Below, one piece after another: positions 28,808 to 38,690 of a stretch of DNA of 64,000 nt. Numbering within the stretch: position 1 is the first letter of the stretch; the number at the start of each line of letters is the position of its first letter. Made by a program: the position numbers and the translations under genes. This DNA comes from an uncultured Candidatus Saccharibacteria bacterium (GTDB lineage Bacteria > Patescibacteriota > Minisyncoccia > Phycocordibacterales > UBA918). The stretch is taken from contig CAZXUO010000001.1 of the NCBI GenBank assembly GCA_964643955.1, forward strand, positions 14,314 through 78,313. The letters are read 5' to 3'. The notes below the pieces were generated by a model that worked only from the letters and a program-made list of their open reading frames with translations, made no database searches and was not told where the DNA came from.

Positions 28808-29185
28808 CTATGTCTTTTCAAGCGTGCGGCGTCCTGAACCCATCGTCTTGCGCGCGCCACGGAGGGTGCGGGCATTGGTGCGGGTACGCTGACCGCGCAC
28901 GGGGAGGCGCTTACCATGGCGGAGGCCACGGTACGACTTGATGTCCTTAAGACGCTTGATATTGCCGGTTACCTCACGGCGGAGCTCACCTTCAATCGTG
29001 AGCGCCTCAATCTTCTCGCGAATAGAATTCTCTTCATCAGTTGAAATGTCTGCAGGACGCTTTGTTGCAGGAACGCCTACTTCTTCGAGGATGCGTGCTG
29101 CCTGACTGCGGCCGACGCCGTAGACGGCGGTGAGACCGAAGGCAAGCTGCTTGTTATCAGGAATGGTGATACCGGCGATACGCAT
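28808..29185 (-). CDS. rpsM: 30S ribosomal protein S13
   Basis: RIAGI, YRGLRH..LPVRGQRTRTNART. Confidence 0.97.
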   Translation of the reverse strand: MRIAGITIPDNKQLAFGLTAVYGVGRSQAARILEEVGVPATKRPADISTDEENSIREKIEALTIEGELRREVTGNIKRLKDIKSYRGLRHGKRLPVRGQRTRTNARTLRGARKTMGSGRRTLEKT

Positions 29186-29194
29186 AAGAATGAA

Positions 29195-29311
29195 TTAGCC
29201 TTGTCGCTGCTTATGGCGCGGATTGCGCTTGTTAATAACATACACAACACCTCGTCGCTTGACGATGATGTCATCGGGAGACATTTTTTTTACTGATGAT
29301 CGGACCTTCAT
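29195..29311 (-). CDS. rpmJ: 50S ribosomal protein L36 (Zn-free form; absent from ORF track)
   Basis: Translated by hand: [38 protein letters not shown], between infA and rpsM. Confidence 0.93.
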   Translation of the reverse strand: MKVRSSVKKMSPDDIIVKRRGVVYVINKRNPRHKQRQG

Positions 29312-29313
29312 AT

Positions 29314-29532
29314 TTACATTCGCTTGGTTATGCGGGCTTTGCCGCCGTATGGTTCGGGGACGAGTGCAACACGGTCTCCGACGAGCACGCGAATGCGAAA
29401 CTTCCTCATTTTGCCGGCAAGATACGCAAGGATGAGCGCGCCGTCGTCGAGCTTAACGCGAAAAAGCGTATTAGGCAATGCCTCCTCGACTACGCCGTAT
29501 ACGAGGTTGTCTTCCTTGGACTGTTCTTGCAT
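29314..29532 (-). CDS. infA: Translation initiation factor IF-1
   Basis: [27 protein letters not shown]. Confidence 0.95.
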   Translation of the reverse strand: MQEQSKEDNLVYGVVEEALPNTLFRVKLDDGALILAYLAGKMRKFRIRVLVGDRVALVPEPYGGKARITKRM

Positions 29533-29579
29533 CAAACCATAATAATCTAACAGAAGGGCGCAATATAGTCAAATCGGCC

Positions 29580-30923
29580 TTATTCTGCGCCTCCTCCCGT
29601 GACCTCAATTATCCTGATTTTCTGGGGTGCCTCAGGGAATGAGCGCTTCCAGAAAGGCCGGATAACGGTCGTTGCGCGCTCAATAGCAGGATATGTGGCG
29701 AGTATTGAGGGGAGTTCACTCTTTGCGATACCCGCTACATCCTCACGGAGCTGGTTTTCGTCATAATCCCATACAATGCGGACATTTCCTGAGAGATTAA
29801 ACTCAAGGCGGTCATCTTGGCGGAGTGCTGCCTCAGGCGAGGTGGTCGCTGTATATGCGAATGAGAGCTTTGAGGGGTCTTCTATACGCACTGCTTCCCC
29901 TGCATAGTCCGTGATGGTGTTTTGAGCAATATACTGAGCAAACGGACCGTCGGCGAAGATTGGTACGGTAAGAATAGCTTTTTCACGGATGGTGGCCTCG
30001 CTTGAGCCAGTATCGACTGATGGGAGTGACTCAAAGGTGACATCAAGTGCATCGCTATAGAGGGTAAATCCTGATGGACGCTCACTCTGGAGGCGGCCCA
30101 TGAGTTTTTCACGGAGCTCGGTGTGGATAGCTTCTTGTGCTCCCTTAAGGCTCGATTCCTCTACGATCAGCTTGGTGCCGATGAAGCCACCATTCATTGG
30201 AGCTTTTGACTCAGCATAGATGTTCTCAAATTGGTCGCTTCCCTTGAGACCGGGGACAGTGAAGCGAGTCGGCGCGATGTTGTACTCGTCACCAGCGACG
30301 TCCGCAAAGACTGAAGCGGTCGTGCTTCCGGGGATGATCTTTCCCGATGCGTCTTTGGTGTATCCGGGAATGACAATTGAATCATTGATGCGGAATATCT
30401 TTCCATCGGCAGATTCAAATCGCGTGTTTTTAATCAGGCGCTGTGTGTCAGTACTGTGAGCGTTGTAGACGGTGATCTCTCCTGTTGCGCGCTCTTCTGC
30501 TTCCTCTGAGCCGGTGGCTGCAACGGTGCGCTCTCCGGTCTCCTCAAGGGTGAGAAGCTCATAGCCAAGCTCAGTTGGAGCGGGGTTTTGGAGCGCGGTA
30601 AAGGTCGCTTGTACGGTTACGTCTCTAAACTTCGGATAGACAGTGAGATCAGCACCACGGAGGAATATGGTTGTGAGGAATATAAGGAGGCCGAGAACAG
30701 CAATAATGGCAATAAGAAACACCGTGCGGCCACCACTTCGGCGAGATGATCTACTGCGCGGTTCGCGACGCTTTGGTGCCTCCTCTTCCTGTGCGTCACT
30801 CACATCAATGCGAGAAGGTCGCGGACCGAGGTTGGTAGCGTCTGCCGCCACGCGCTTACGCGAAGTACGCGCTGTACGTTCTGGTGGTCGAATATCCCCC
30901 AAATTCCATTTTTGCTGTGCCAT
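29580..30923 (-). CDS. Bitopic membrane protein with baseplate-J-like extracytoplasmic domain
   Basis: Basic N-tail, single TM, ATGEITVYN..TRF..G..YNI; family assignment from memory. Confidence 0.6.
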   Translation of the reverse strand: MAQQKWNLGDIRPPERTARTSRKRVAADATNLGPRPSRIDVSDAQEEEAPKRREPRSRSSRRSGGRTVFLIAIIAVLGLLIFLTTIFLRGADLTVYPKFRDVTVQATFTALQNPAPTELGYELLTLEETGERTVAATGSEEAEERATGEITVYNAHSTDTQRLIKNTRFESADGKIFRINDSIVIPGYTKDASGKIIPGSTTASVFADVAGDEYNIAPTRFTVPGLKGSDQFENIYAESKAPMNGGFIGTKLIVEESSLKGAQEAIHTELREKLMGRLQSERPSGFTLYSDALDVTFESLPSVDTGSSEATIREKAILTVPIFADGPFAQYIAQNTITDYAGEAVRIEDPSKLSFAYTATTSPEAALRQDDRLEFNLSGNVRIVWDYDENQLREDVAGIAKSELPSILATYPAIERATTVIRPFWKRSFPEAPQKIRIIEVTGGGAE

Positions 30924-30949
30924 ATACGGACAGTATACCGCCTCCTTTT

Positions 30950-32161
30950 CTAATTATCTATTTCGCCACATGCGTGGAGTTTGTGGAAAAAGCGTGCGGT
31001 GAGTGCGAGTCGTGTATCGGGCACGGTCCCCTCTTTCCAGAGGACGAGGTCGTGCGTGTTGTGCGGACCAATAGGAATAAGGGTTTTGTCTTTATGTCCT
31101 CCCTTTCCGGTGAGTGCGTGCGCGCATGCTTCGGTAAAAAATACGCTCATTTCTTCTTCACAAATAATGAAGACAGTGCGTGGAAGTGCGTAGCGCGAGG
31201 TGATCTCACGTATTGCGCGTTCGAGAGTTGCGATGTAGCGCTGTTGTGCCTTTTCGAGAATTGCTTCTTGTTTTTTTGTCAATAATTCTTGAGCGAAACT
31301 ACGGGCATAGAGCGCGGCTTCTTCTGCAGGGACGTGTGCGCTGTCTGCGATGTCGCGAATGAGTGCGTGCACGCCGTAGAGGACCGCATGGGATTCGTAG
31401 AGAATGTGCTGCTGCATGACTGAGAGTTCGGTCGCACCTCCTGAGATATCGATGATGAGCGCATTTGAAACTTTTGGATAGAGATCACGCAAGACACAAT
31501 ATTCAACGAGTGCTGCGGTGTGTGGATACGGCGTGCTGTGTGGAAAAACGCGCTCGGTTACTTCTTCAAAGGTGTCGATTGCACGCTCGGTGATCAATCC
31601 GCGCAAATATGCGACGTCGATCTCGAGTGCATCGTGTCCGTACGGATCGGCGATCGGGTATCCGTTTGCGGTGATATTGATGACCGACTGCTCAACTGTG
31701 TGCATGTCGGGTCCGTGTCCGCTGCGTGCACGGCCTTTCTTATACGCGTCTTTCGTGCGCTCTTCTGCGTGACGGATGATATCGTCCACGAGTTCGCGTG
31801 TGATGGTAAATGGGTGCTCGGGCTCAAAGTGGATGATCTGCGTAACGGTCTGTGCCCATGGAGCAGTGCACGATATGAAAATACGCGAGACAGGCGTGCG
31901 TATCTTGTACTGCGTCGAGAGCGGTGCTACTTCTACGGCGACCGCTTTAAGTACGGTCGTGAGTGCATGCTGCATAGCGCGTGCGCGGCCAACAGGAGTC
32001 GAGGTGTGCTTTACGTGGATAGGTTCACGAGCACTCATGAGTATCTCGGGCATTGATTGCTTCTCTCGAAAGAGTGCGAGTGCTGCAGCGACACTTCCTG
32101 CACCGACATCAACAATCACGCTTAAAGAAGCGCCGCGGTCGCTCTTATTAAATCCGAGCAT
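30950..32161 (-). CDS. Divergent actin-fold (FtsA/PilM-like) protein
   Basis: IVDVGAGSV and IIDISGGATELS phosphate-loop-like motifs; start MLGFNK preceded by TATAAT. Confidence 0.65.
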   Translation of the reverse strand: MLGFNKSDRGASLSVIVDVGAGSVAAALALFREKQSMPEILMSAREPIHVKHTSTPVGRARAMQHALTTVLKAVAVEVAPLSTQYKIRTPVSRIFISCTAPWAQTVTQIIHFEPEHPFTITRELVDDIIRHAEERTKDAYKKGRARSGHGPDMHTVEQSVINITANGYPIADPYGHDALEIDVAYLRGLITERAIDTFEEVTERVFPHSTPYPHTAALVEYCVLRDLYPKVSNALIIDISGGATELSVMQQHILYESHAVLYGVHALIRDIADSAHVPAEEAALYARSFAQELLTKKQEAILEKAQQRYIATLERAIREITSRYALPRTVFIICEEEMSVFFTEACAHALTGKGGHKDKTLIPIGPHNTHDLVLWKEGTVPDTRLALTARFFHKLHACGEIDN

Positions 32162-32232
32162 GGTGCGTTCATTATAGAATACGCGCGCACTCATTGTGCG
32201 CGCGTATGCTGCTTCGGGTGGATAAATATTTT

Positions 32233-34101
32233 TTACTCGAGCACTGCTTTCACGCGACGAACGCCCGCTGCAGATGATTCTTCTTTTGTGATCTTGAAGG
32301 TACCACTGAGTTCGGTCGTGTTTTCTACGTGCGGACCGCCACAAAGCTCACGCGAATACACGACGCCGTCCGTATCTTTGACCGTATATACTTTCACCTC
32401 GTCTGGATAACGATCCCAGAAACTTCCTTCAACCGTCGGATCATTTTCAGCGTCACTTTTTTTAACGGTCTCTGTGGTGACGTGTGCTCCTGCTTTGATC
32501 GCGTCGTTTACATATGTCTCAACGCGATTAAGTACTTCACGCGGTACTTTGTCGTGGTAGGTAAAGTCGAAACGAAGACGCTCGCCCGTGATGTTTGAGC
32601 CTGCTTGGTGTACTTCGTCGCCGAGCTCTTTGCGCAAGCCTGCGAGGAGGAGGTGTGTTGCGGTGTGATACTGCACTACTTTTTCTGAGTGGTCAGCGAG
32701 TCCACCCTTAAACTTTTGCTCTGCTCCCGCGCGTGAGGTTTCCTGGTGCTTCTCCATCTCTTGCTTAAAGCTTTCGAGATCTACCGTAATGCCGCGCTCA
32801 TGTGCGAGCTCACTCGTAAGCTCGATTGGAAAACCGTAGGTCGTAAACAAAATAAATGCGTCCTCTCCGGACATATCTTTATCTGCGATTTTTTCAAATT
32901 GACGAAGGCCGCGCTCGAGTGTTTTTCGGAACTGAGTTTCTTCATCGCGGATTGCGCTTATGATGATTTCTTTTTTGTCAGCAAGATTGGTGTAGTGATC
33001 TTTATAGGTTGCAATCACGCTCTCAGCGAGATTTTTGAGCTCGCCTTCGGGTACGCCGAGCATGTCTGCATAGCGGACGCTGCGGCGCAGGAGTCTGCGT
33101 GCAAAATATCCCTGCTCGGTGTTTGACGGGAGTACCCCATCGCCAATCATAAAGACTGCGCCGCGGATATGGTCGGCAATCACACGAAACGCCACAAGAT
33201 TTTCTTCATACTTTTTTCCTGAAAGGCTTTCAATCTGTGCGATGACGGGTGCAAAGAGGTCAATCTTAAAGACGTCAGCATCATTGTTTTTTGCGGCGAC
33301 GATACGCTCAAGTCCTCCACCGAAGTCGATGTTCTTATTGGTGAGCTCCTCAAATTGTCCTTCTCCACGCTTCACATACTGCATGAAGACATTGTTGCCG
33401 ATCTCCATGAAGCGTCCGCAGTCGCAGTTTGGGTGGCAGTGTGGGCCGTACTTTGTGTCGTGTGGAGTTCCGAAATCATAAAACATCTCTGAGTCGGGGC
33501 CACCGGGCTCGCCCACCGGCATCTTGTCAGGTACGCCTGCTCTCGACCACCAGTTTTTCTTTGCCTCGTAGAAGAAGATGCGCTCACCTTCTTTCATGCC
33601 GCGCTCATAGCCGGCTGCTTCGCTTCCGATATCGGCAATTCCTGCGGTGATGCCCTTTTCTGCAAAAAGCTGTTGCCAAATGCCCGGCGCTTCTTCGTCG
33701 CGTGGAAGGCCGTTTTTCTCGTCGCCACCGAAGACCGTGATATAGAGGCGATCAGGTGGAATACCGACGACATTGGTGAGGAAATCAAACATCCACTCGA
33801 TCTGCTCTTTTTTGAAGTAGTCGCCAAACGACCAGTTGCCGAGCATTTCGAAGAACGTCGTGTGACGGTTGTCGCCCACCTCTTCGATATCTTCTGCGCG
33901 GAAAGACTTCTGAGAGTCAGCGATACGAGTACCCTTCGGATGTTTTTCACCCATGAGGTACGGGAGCATCGGCTGCATACCGCTGCCGGTGAAGAGTGTC
34001 GTCGGGTCGTTCTCGGGCACGATGGCAGAAGAAGGTACGACGGCGTGGCCGCGTTCTTCCATATACTTCAAAAACTTCTCGCGTATCTCATTTCCGGACA
34101 T
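32233..34101 (-). CDS. alaS: Alanine--tRNA ligase, C-terminally truncated
   Basis: DPTTLFT..GM, HTTFFEMLGNWSFGDYFK, HTATH, CGGPH; ends at GVRRVKA. Confidence 0.95.
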   Translation of the reverse strand: MSGNEIREKFLKYMEERGHAVVPSSAIVPENDPTTLFTGSGMQPMLPYLMGEKHPKGTRIADSQKSFRAEDIEEVGDNRHTTFFEMLGNWSFGDYFKKEQIEWMFDFLTNVVGIPPDRLYITVFGGDEKNGLPRDEEAPGIWQQLFAEKGITAGIADIGSEAAGYERGMKEGERIFFYEAKKNWWSRAGVPDKMPVGEPGGPDSEMFYDFGTPHDTKYGPHCHPNCDCGRFMEIGNNVFMQYVKRGEGQFEELTNKNIDFGGGLERIVAAKNNDADVFKIDLFAPVIAQIESLSGKKYEENLVAFRVIADHIRGAVFMIGDGVLPSNTEQGYFARRLLRRSVRYADMLGVPEGELKNLAESVIATYKDHYTNLADKKEIIISAIRDEETQFRKTLERGLRQFEKIADKDMSGEDAFILFTTYGFPIELTSELAHERGITVDLESFKQEMEKHQETSRAGAEQKFKGGLADHSEKVVQYHTATHLLLAGLRKELGDEVHQAGSNITGERLRFDFTYHDKVPREVLNRVETYVNDAIKAGAHVTTETVKKSDAENDPTVEGSFWDRYPDEVKVYTVKDTDGVVYSRELCGGPHVENTTELSGTFKITKEESSAAGVRRVKAVLE

Positions 34102-34135
34102 AGTAGTGAAAATATACCCTCTCCCCACGCTTTCC

Positions 34136-35938
34136 TCAAGCGCGCTTCTGCTTCTTCACGAGGCGTTCGAGCTCGAGGACCTTCCGCTCAAGTGCTGAAA
34201 GTCCAGTCGTAAAGAACTCTTCGCGATCGGTACGGAGACCTGCACTTTTGAAGATATCTTCGGGACTTGCGCTTGCGCCCGCTGTAAGGAACTCATCAAT
34301 CTTCGTAATATATGAAGAATCTTGTTTCCAGCGCTCAGAGAGGACGTTTGATACGAGGCTTCCGTATGCGTAGGTGTACACATAGAAGAACATGCGGAAG
34401 TGCGGCACATAGACAAATGAGTAGCCGTCTTTCTCGCTGACGTCGACGTGTGATCCGAGGTACGCTTTGAGGTGCGTACGGAGCATTGCTGCCATTTCTT
34501 CTTTCGTCATGCTGCCTTCTTCGCGGATTGTCTCATGCAGCTCGCGCTCATAATTGAAGAATGCGATCTGGCGCATGATTGTCGAAACTTCATCACTTAT
34601 CTTTCCATGGAGTGCGGTAATACGCTCCTTTTCTGGAAGTTGCGCAAGGAGTGATTCGAACACAAGGTTCTCAAAGAGTGTGCTCGCTGTTTCTGCAGTT
34701 GCGGTGCTGTGGCCTTGGTAGAGTACTGGCTGCTCCTTGCTTCGCTCAGCGTGGACCGCGTGCCCCATCTCGTGCGCGAAGGTTGTGAGCGAGTGCATGT
34801 CATCGACTTGGTTTAAGAGCACCATCGTCGGCTGGTTGACTCCGCTCGCACAAAACGCACCACCGGACTTCCCTTTCTTTGGATACACATCGATCTGTCC
34901 GCGCTCGAGCATCTGATCGAGGATTGATCCGTAGGTGTTGTCGAGCTTGTAAAAGACTTCGCGGAGCGTATCGACGGCTTGATCAAATGGGATCGCGATT
35001 TTCTTTCCGTACGGAGCGCTCTTGTCAGGGTAGCGAAGTTTCTTCTCACCGAGCATCGAGGCTTTGAGTTTGTAGAAGCGACTACTGATGTCAAAGCGAT
35101 CAGTTACTGCACTAACGAGCGCTTCGATGCTACGCTCGCTGTTTTCGTTTCCGATGACGGTTGCCGAGTACGGCTTTGCGTATCCGCGCAGCTCATCGTT
35201 GATCTTTTTATTGAGGACGACGGCGTTCATTTCATTTTCTGCAACATCAGCCATGTTGGCGATGACCTCAATTGAGGCGTCCCAGAGCGCATGTCGCTCT
35301 TTTTTTGGGAGTGTACTGACGAGATTGAGTGCCTCCATGAGCGGAAGCTCCTTGCCTTTGTGACGTACGCTCTTTTGGTTGAGAATTTTTTCAGTACCGG
35401 CGACCCAGAGCTGGCTCGCAGGAAGTGATTTGAGGTTGAGAATCTTCTCCTCAGCTTCGGTTAGATTGTATTTCGCGTTGAGAAACGTGCGTTCAAGGTA
35501 GTAGCGATATGGTAGAAACTTTTCATCGGCAAGGATGTTTTCTTGCTGATCTTTTGGAATTGCGCCGAGTGCAAGATCGAAGAATACGAGGAGGTTCCCC
35601 GCTTTTGTGAGACGGTCAGAAAGCTTGTTGAGCATTTTTTCTGCAGCGCTGTCTTTTGCATCGATTTCCTTTCGGTAGCCGAAGTAGCGCATCGGTCGCT
35701 CAAACTCAGGCATCGCACAGAGTTTTTCAAATGCAGCCAAGGCTTTAAGAAGCGAGGTGCGCTCAGCAGTAAATGGTGTGCCGGCGAATTCTTTTGCGAA
35801 GGCCGCACACGCTTTTTCTGCAGCACGTACATCGTGCTCGATGCGTGGGTCCTCTGCATTTTTATAGAAAAGTCCGAAATCCCACGCGGTCTTGTAGGTC
35901 TGCTTCTTGTTAGTGTCCGTTTTTTTGCGTGATGCCAT
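34136..35938 (-). CDS. pepF: Oligoendopeptidase F (M3B)
   Basis: GK.GGAF, HEMGHAVH, AETAS, HF..FYVYTY. Confidence 0.88.
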   Translation of the reverse strand: MASRKKTDTNKKQTYKTAWDFGLFYKNAEDPRIEHDVRAAEKACAAFAKEFAGTPFTAERTSLLKALAAFEKLCAMPEFERPMRYFGYRKEIDAKDSAAEKMLNKLSDRLTKAGNLLVFFDLALGAIPKDQQENILADEKFLPYRYYLERTFLNAKYNLTEAEEKILNLKSLPASQLWVAGTEKILNQKSVRHKGKELPLMEALNLVSTLPKKERHALWDASIEVIANMADVAENEMNAVVLNKKINDELRGYAKPYSATVIGNENSERSIEALVSAVTDRFDISSRFYKLKASMLGEKKLRYPDKSAPYGKKIAIPFDQAVDTLREVFYKLDNTYGSILDQMLERGQIDVYPKKGKSGGAFCASGVNQPTMVLLNQVDDMHSLTTFAHEMGHAVHAERSKEQPVLYQGHSTATAETASTLFENLVFESLLAQLPEKERITALHGKISDEVSTIMRQIAFFNYERELHETIREEGSMTKEEMAAMLRTHLKAYLGSHVDVSEKDGYSFVYVPHFRMFFYVYTYAYGSLVSNVLSERWKQDSSYITKIDEFLTAGASASPEDIFKSAGLRTDREEFFTTGLSALERKVLELERLVKKQKRA

Positions 35939-36506
35939 GGATGAAATTTTTATATTCGTCAAATACGTGATTAAACTCGTGCAGGATATCGTTTTTGAGA
36001 TGGCTGTTGAGGATATTGCTGATGCTTTGGTAGACCATCATACGATCATCGAGCGATCCGCCAAAGTCACGTAGAAATCTATCATGATCTTCAAAGTACT
36101 CCTCGATTGTCGTTCGCATGTTGTGAATCTTGTCTGCTGCTGCGACGATGAGCGCGCGCTCAGGTGCCTTTTTCAATGTCTCTGCGTACTGTGAGTGCAT
36201 CTCCTTCCAGACATTTCCTGAAGAAATTTCTTCAAGTGGCGGCTTCGTCACCGCGAGGACAAGCGCTCGTACATCTTCGCCGAAATCTCCGGCAAGCTCT
36301 TCCTCAGTGTAGTCCGTATCTTCGAGTGTATCGTGGAGAAGGCCGGCGATGATAGTATCTTCGTCCTCAGTATAGTCAGCGATGATGCAGGCAACAGAAA
36401 AGAGATGCGTGACGTATGGGAACGGCGCTTTCCCCTTTCGGGCTTGGTCTTTGTGGAGTACGGCAGCGGCGCGTATTGCTTGTTCGATGCGGTACGAGTA
36501 CATCAT
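35910..36506 (-). CDS. Stand-alone HD domain protein (Mesh1/SpoT-type small alarmone hydrolase-like)
   Basis: H..Q.RK...PY.TH, AGLLHDTLEDT, FG..V, ADKIHN. Confidence 0.82.
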   Translation of the reverse strand: MMYSYRIEQAIRAAAVLHKDQARKGKAPFPYVTHLFSVACIIADYTEDEDTIIAGLLHDTLEDTDYTEEELAGDFGEDVRALVLAVTKPPLEEISSGNVWKEMHSQYAETLKKAPERALIVAAADKIHNMRTTIEEYFEDHDRFLRDFGGSLDDRMMVYQSISNILNSHLKNDILHEFNHVFDEYKNFIHGITQKNGH

Positions 36507-37099
36507 AGGTACTTCGGAATTATTTTAAAATCTTCCTTGAGTGTATCGATAAGCGAGCGATTGTAAATAGCTGCTGCGGGATGGTATTGCGGGATGATGT
36601 GGATCGGCCCGTAGCTCGCATCGACCACATAGCTTTTTCCATGCGCTTCGCCGATTGTTGGCGATTCGATACCAAACTTCTGGAGAATGTATTGCATTGA
36701 ATAGCGACCGAGCGTAGCGATCACTTTTGGTTCTATGATCTCGATCTGTCGATCAAGAAATGGTCCGTATACTGCAATTTCTTCTGGTGTCGGATCGCGG
36801 TTTTCTGGCGGACGATCTTTGACGATGTTGCTTATGTAAATATCGTCACGCTTTAAGTCGATACTCTCAAGGAGCGCATCGAGTGTCTTTCCTGCTGCGC
36901 CGCAGAAAGGCCGGCCCGTCTTTGCTTCATTGCGCCCCGGTGCTTCACCAATAAAGAGTATGTCTGCATCGATATTTCCTTCCCCAATCACGGGGAGATA
37001 GTTGTTCTCAGTGCGATAGCTGTAGAGTGGTGACGAGGTGAGATTAAGTACTTCGTCATATACGATATCCATCGCACGTTGTTTCTCCTCTGCGATCAT
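36503..37099 (-). CDS. Uracil-DNA glycosylase family 4
   Basis: GEAPG..E...GRPF.G.AG, N.VK.RPP.NRDP, YHPAA. Confidence 0.92.
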   Translation of the reverse strand: MIAEEKQRAMDIVYDEVLNLTSSPLYSYRTENNYLPVIGEGNIDADILFIGEAPGRNEAKTGRPFCGAAGKTLDALLESIDLKRDDIYISNIVKDRPPENRDPTPEEIAVYGPFLDRQIEIIEPKVIATLGRYSMQYILQKFGIESPTIGEAHGKSYVVDASYGPIHIIPQYHPAAAIYNRSLIDTLKEDFKIIPKYL

Positions 37100-37572
37100 G
37101 AATTTGTCAGGCTTCGTCGACGAGCTGCTTCTTCGGCTTCGTGATGCGCCTCATCTGTCTGAATGAGCTTTCGTCGAGAATCCTCACCGAGTGTTTTTTG
37201 TGCTCGATCAGCTGCTGCGAGCTTTGCTCGGTTTGCCCGTTGCTCTTTTTCTTGCTCTTCCTTAAGCTCTTCCTCTAATCTTTTGATTTTTTCTTCTGCA
37301 CTCTTGATGTCTGGATCGAGGGCGCGCGCTGCCTCTTCGGCTGTTGCTACTTTGTCCTTTATTAAATTTAACTGACGCTCAGATGCTTCAAGGATGCGCT
37401 TCAGTGCCTCTTCTTTTTCCTTTTTTACGTGGAGAAAGCGCGCCTCTTCTTGCGCTGCCTTCTTTTTTGCAGTCTCAGTCGTGCGCTCAAGCTCTTGGCG
37501 CTTACGGAGTAGTCGATCGAGCTCACGTTGTGCGCTTTTTATTGCTTGGTCTAGTCGAGTGAAAAGTCCCAT
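37096..37572 (-). CDS. Coiled-coil hypothetical protein
   Basis: E/K/R/A-rich helical ORF; 4-bp stop/start overlap with UDG. Confidence 0.7.
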   Translation of the reverse strand: MGLFTRLDQAIKSAQRELDRLLRKRQELERTTETAKKKAAQEEARFLHVKKEKEEALKRILEASERQLNLIKDKVATAEEAARALDPDIKSAEEKIKRLEEELKEEQEKEQRANRAKLAAADRAQKTLGEDSRRKLIQTDEAHHEAEEAARRRSLTNS

Positions 37573-37584
37573 GGCTGTGAGAAA

Positions 37585-37842
37585 TTATAAGGTTACTCCT
37601 TCGGCTTCGAGTATAGCACGCTTGGCTTTTGTGCCACCGCGATTGTAGCCTGCGAGCGTACCGTCGCTTCGAATGACGCGGTGACAGGGTATCTCAGGGT
37701 CATAGTTTGCGGCCATGACGCGCGCGACAGCGCGCGCTGCAGAGGGATTGCCCGCTTCTGTAGCGACTTCTTTGTATGTTCTGACTTCTCCTTTTGGAAT
37801 GTTACGCACGACTTCTCGTACGCGATCAGTAAATGTATCCAT
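37585..37842 (-). CDS. O6-alkylguanine DNA alkyltransferase (MGMT family, C-terminal domain only)
   Basis: IP.G.V.TY, AARAV, IPCHRV, LEAEG. Confidence 0.9.
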   Translation of the reverse strand: MDTFTDRVREVVRNIPKGEVRTYKEVATEAGNPSAARAVARVMAANYDPEIPCHRVIRSDGTLAGYNRGGTKAKRAILEAEGVTL

Positions 37843-37843
37843 A

Positions 37844-38632
37844 CTATTTTTTCTTAAGTGCTTGAACCATCTTTAAAAGCTTTTTTCCACTCGCCTCACG
37901 ATACGGACAAAACTCGCAGCCATCGCCTGACGCCGGAATCTGATCACTCTCGAGGCACTCATGGATGCGCAGAAGCGTTGCTTCGATCCAGTTGGTATCA
38001 CCCTCACACGGCACGAGGGTCGTCTCAAACGTGAGTGTGTCATTGAAGGCTTCGAGATCCTTTGATGCATTTGCGTAGACGAAGTAGCCAACGGGGTCAA
38101 CGGAGAATCCATTTTTTGCGAGGAGCCACTGATATACGCCGATTTGTCTTCGGTACTGGTCTTCCCATGAGCTATCCGCAAGCGTCTCGATTATGCCCTC
38201 TTTAGAGGTTGCTTTGTAATCGACAACAATGAGTGAACCGTCTTTTTTCTCCCAGATGTCATCGACTGCACCACAAACGGTAAAGCCTGTTTCTTTATGA
38301 TCGTACGCGATGCCAGAAAAATTATCACGCCACGCATCGAGCTTTTTGTGTGCAAAAGGGACCGCATCAATGCCGTACTTCTGCATGATGGGGTGCGGTG
38401 CTTTCTTTTTGCGGTATGCGTCAAACTCTTTTTTGAAAAGCTCATCGACAGCGATGTTGAGTGTAAAAGATGGACCGCGTGGGCGCGACGTGCCGAGCTT
38501 GTTGTCGAGATAAAAACAGCGCGGACACTCGATAAAGAGGTCGATCTTTGAGCGAGAGAGTCTCCACTTCGGTCCTCCGTAATTCCAGTCTGCACTGCGA
38601 TTTGGGTTGTAGCGTTTGACGAAGTCTCCCAT
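37844..38632 (-). CDS. PD-(D/E)XK nuclease (AddB/Cas4-like)
   Basis: LS.SK..LF..CPRCFY, GAVDD, VVDYK, Q...Y, CEFC. Confidence 0.85.
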   Translation of the reverse strand: MGDFVKRYNPNRSADWNYGGPKWRLSRSKIDLFIECPRCFYLDNKLGTSRPRGPSFTLNIAVDELFKKEFDAYRKKKAPHPIMQKYGIDAVPFAHKKLDAWRDNFSGIAYDHKETGFTVCGAVDDIWEKKDGSLIVVDYKATSKEGIIETLADSSWEDQYRRQIGVYQWLLAKNGFSVDPVGYFVYANASKDLEAFNDTLTFETTLVPCEGDTNWIEATLLRIHECLESDQIPASGDGCEFCPYREASGKKLLKMVQALKKK

Positions 38633-38651
38633 GTGCATCAAGTATATCACG

Positions 38652-38685
38652 CACGAAAAAACCGCCCTGTGGGCGGCTTTTCGTG
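38652..38685 (-). terminator. Intrinsic terminator
   Basis: CCGCCC-TGT-GGGCGG flanked by A/T runs. Confidence 0.65.
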
Positions 38686-38690
38686 TATCC

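Noticed and set aside
29580-30923. Baseplate-J-like gene as prophage evidence
   Set aside because: It has a TM anchor, sits among core genes, and no other phage gene is present.
37844-38632. Cas4-like gene as evidence of CRISPR-Cas
   Set aside because: No repeat-spacer array or other cas gene seen in the window.
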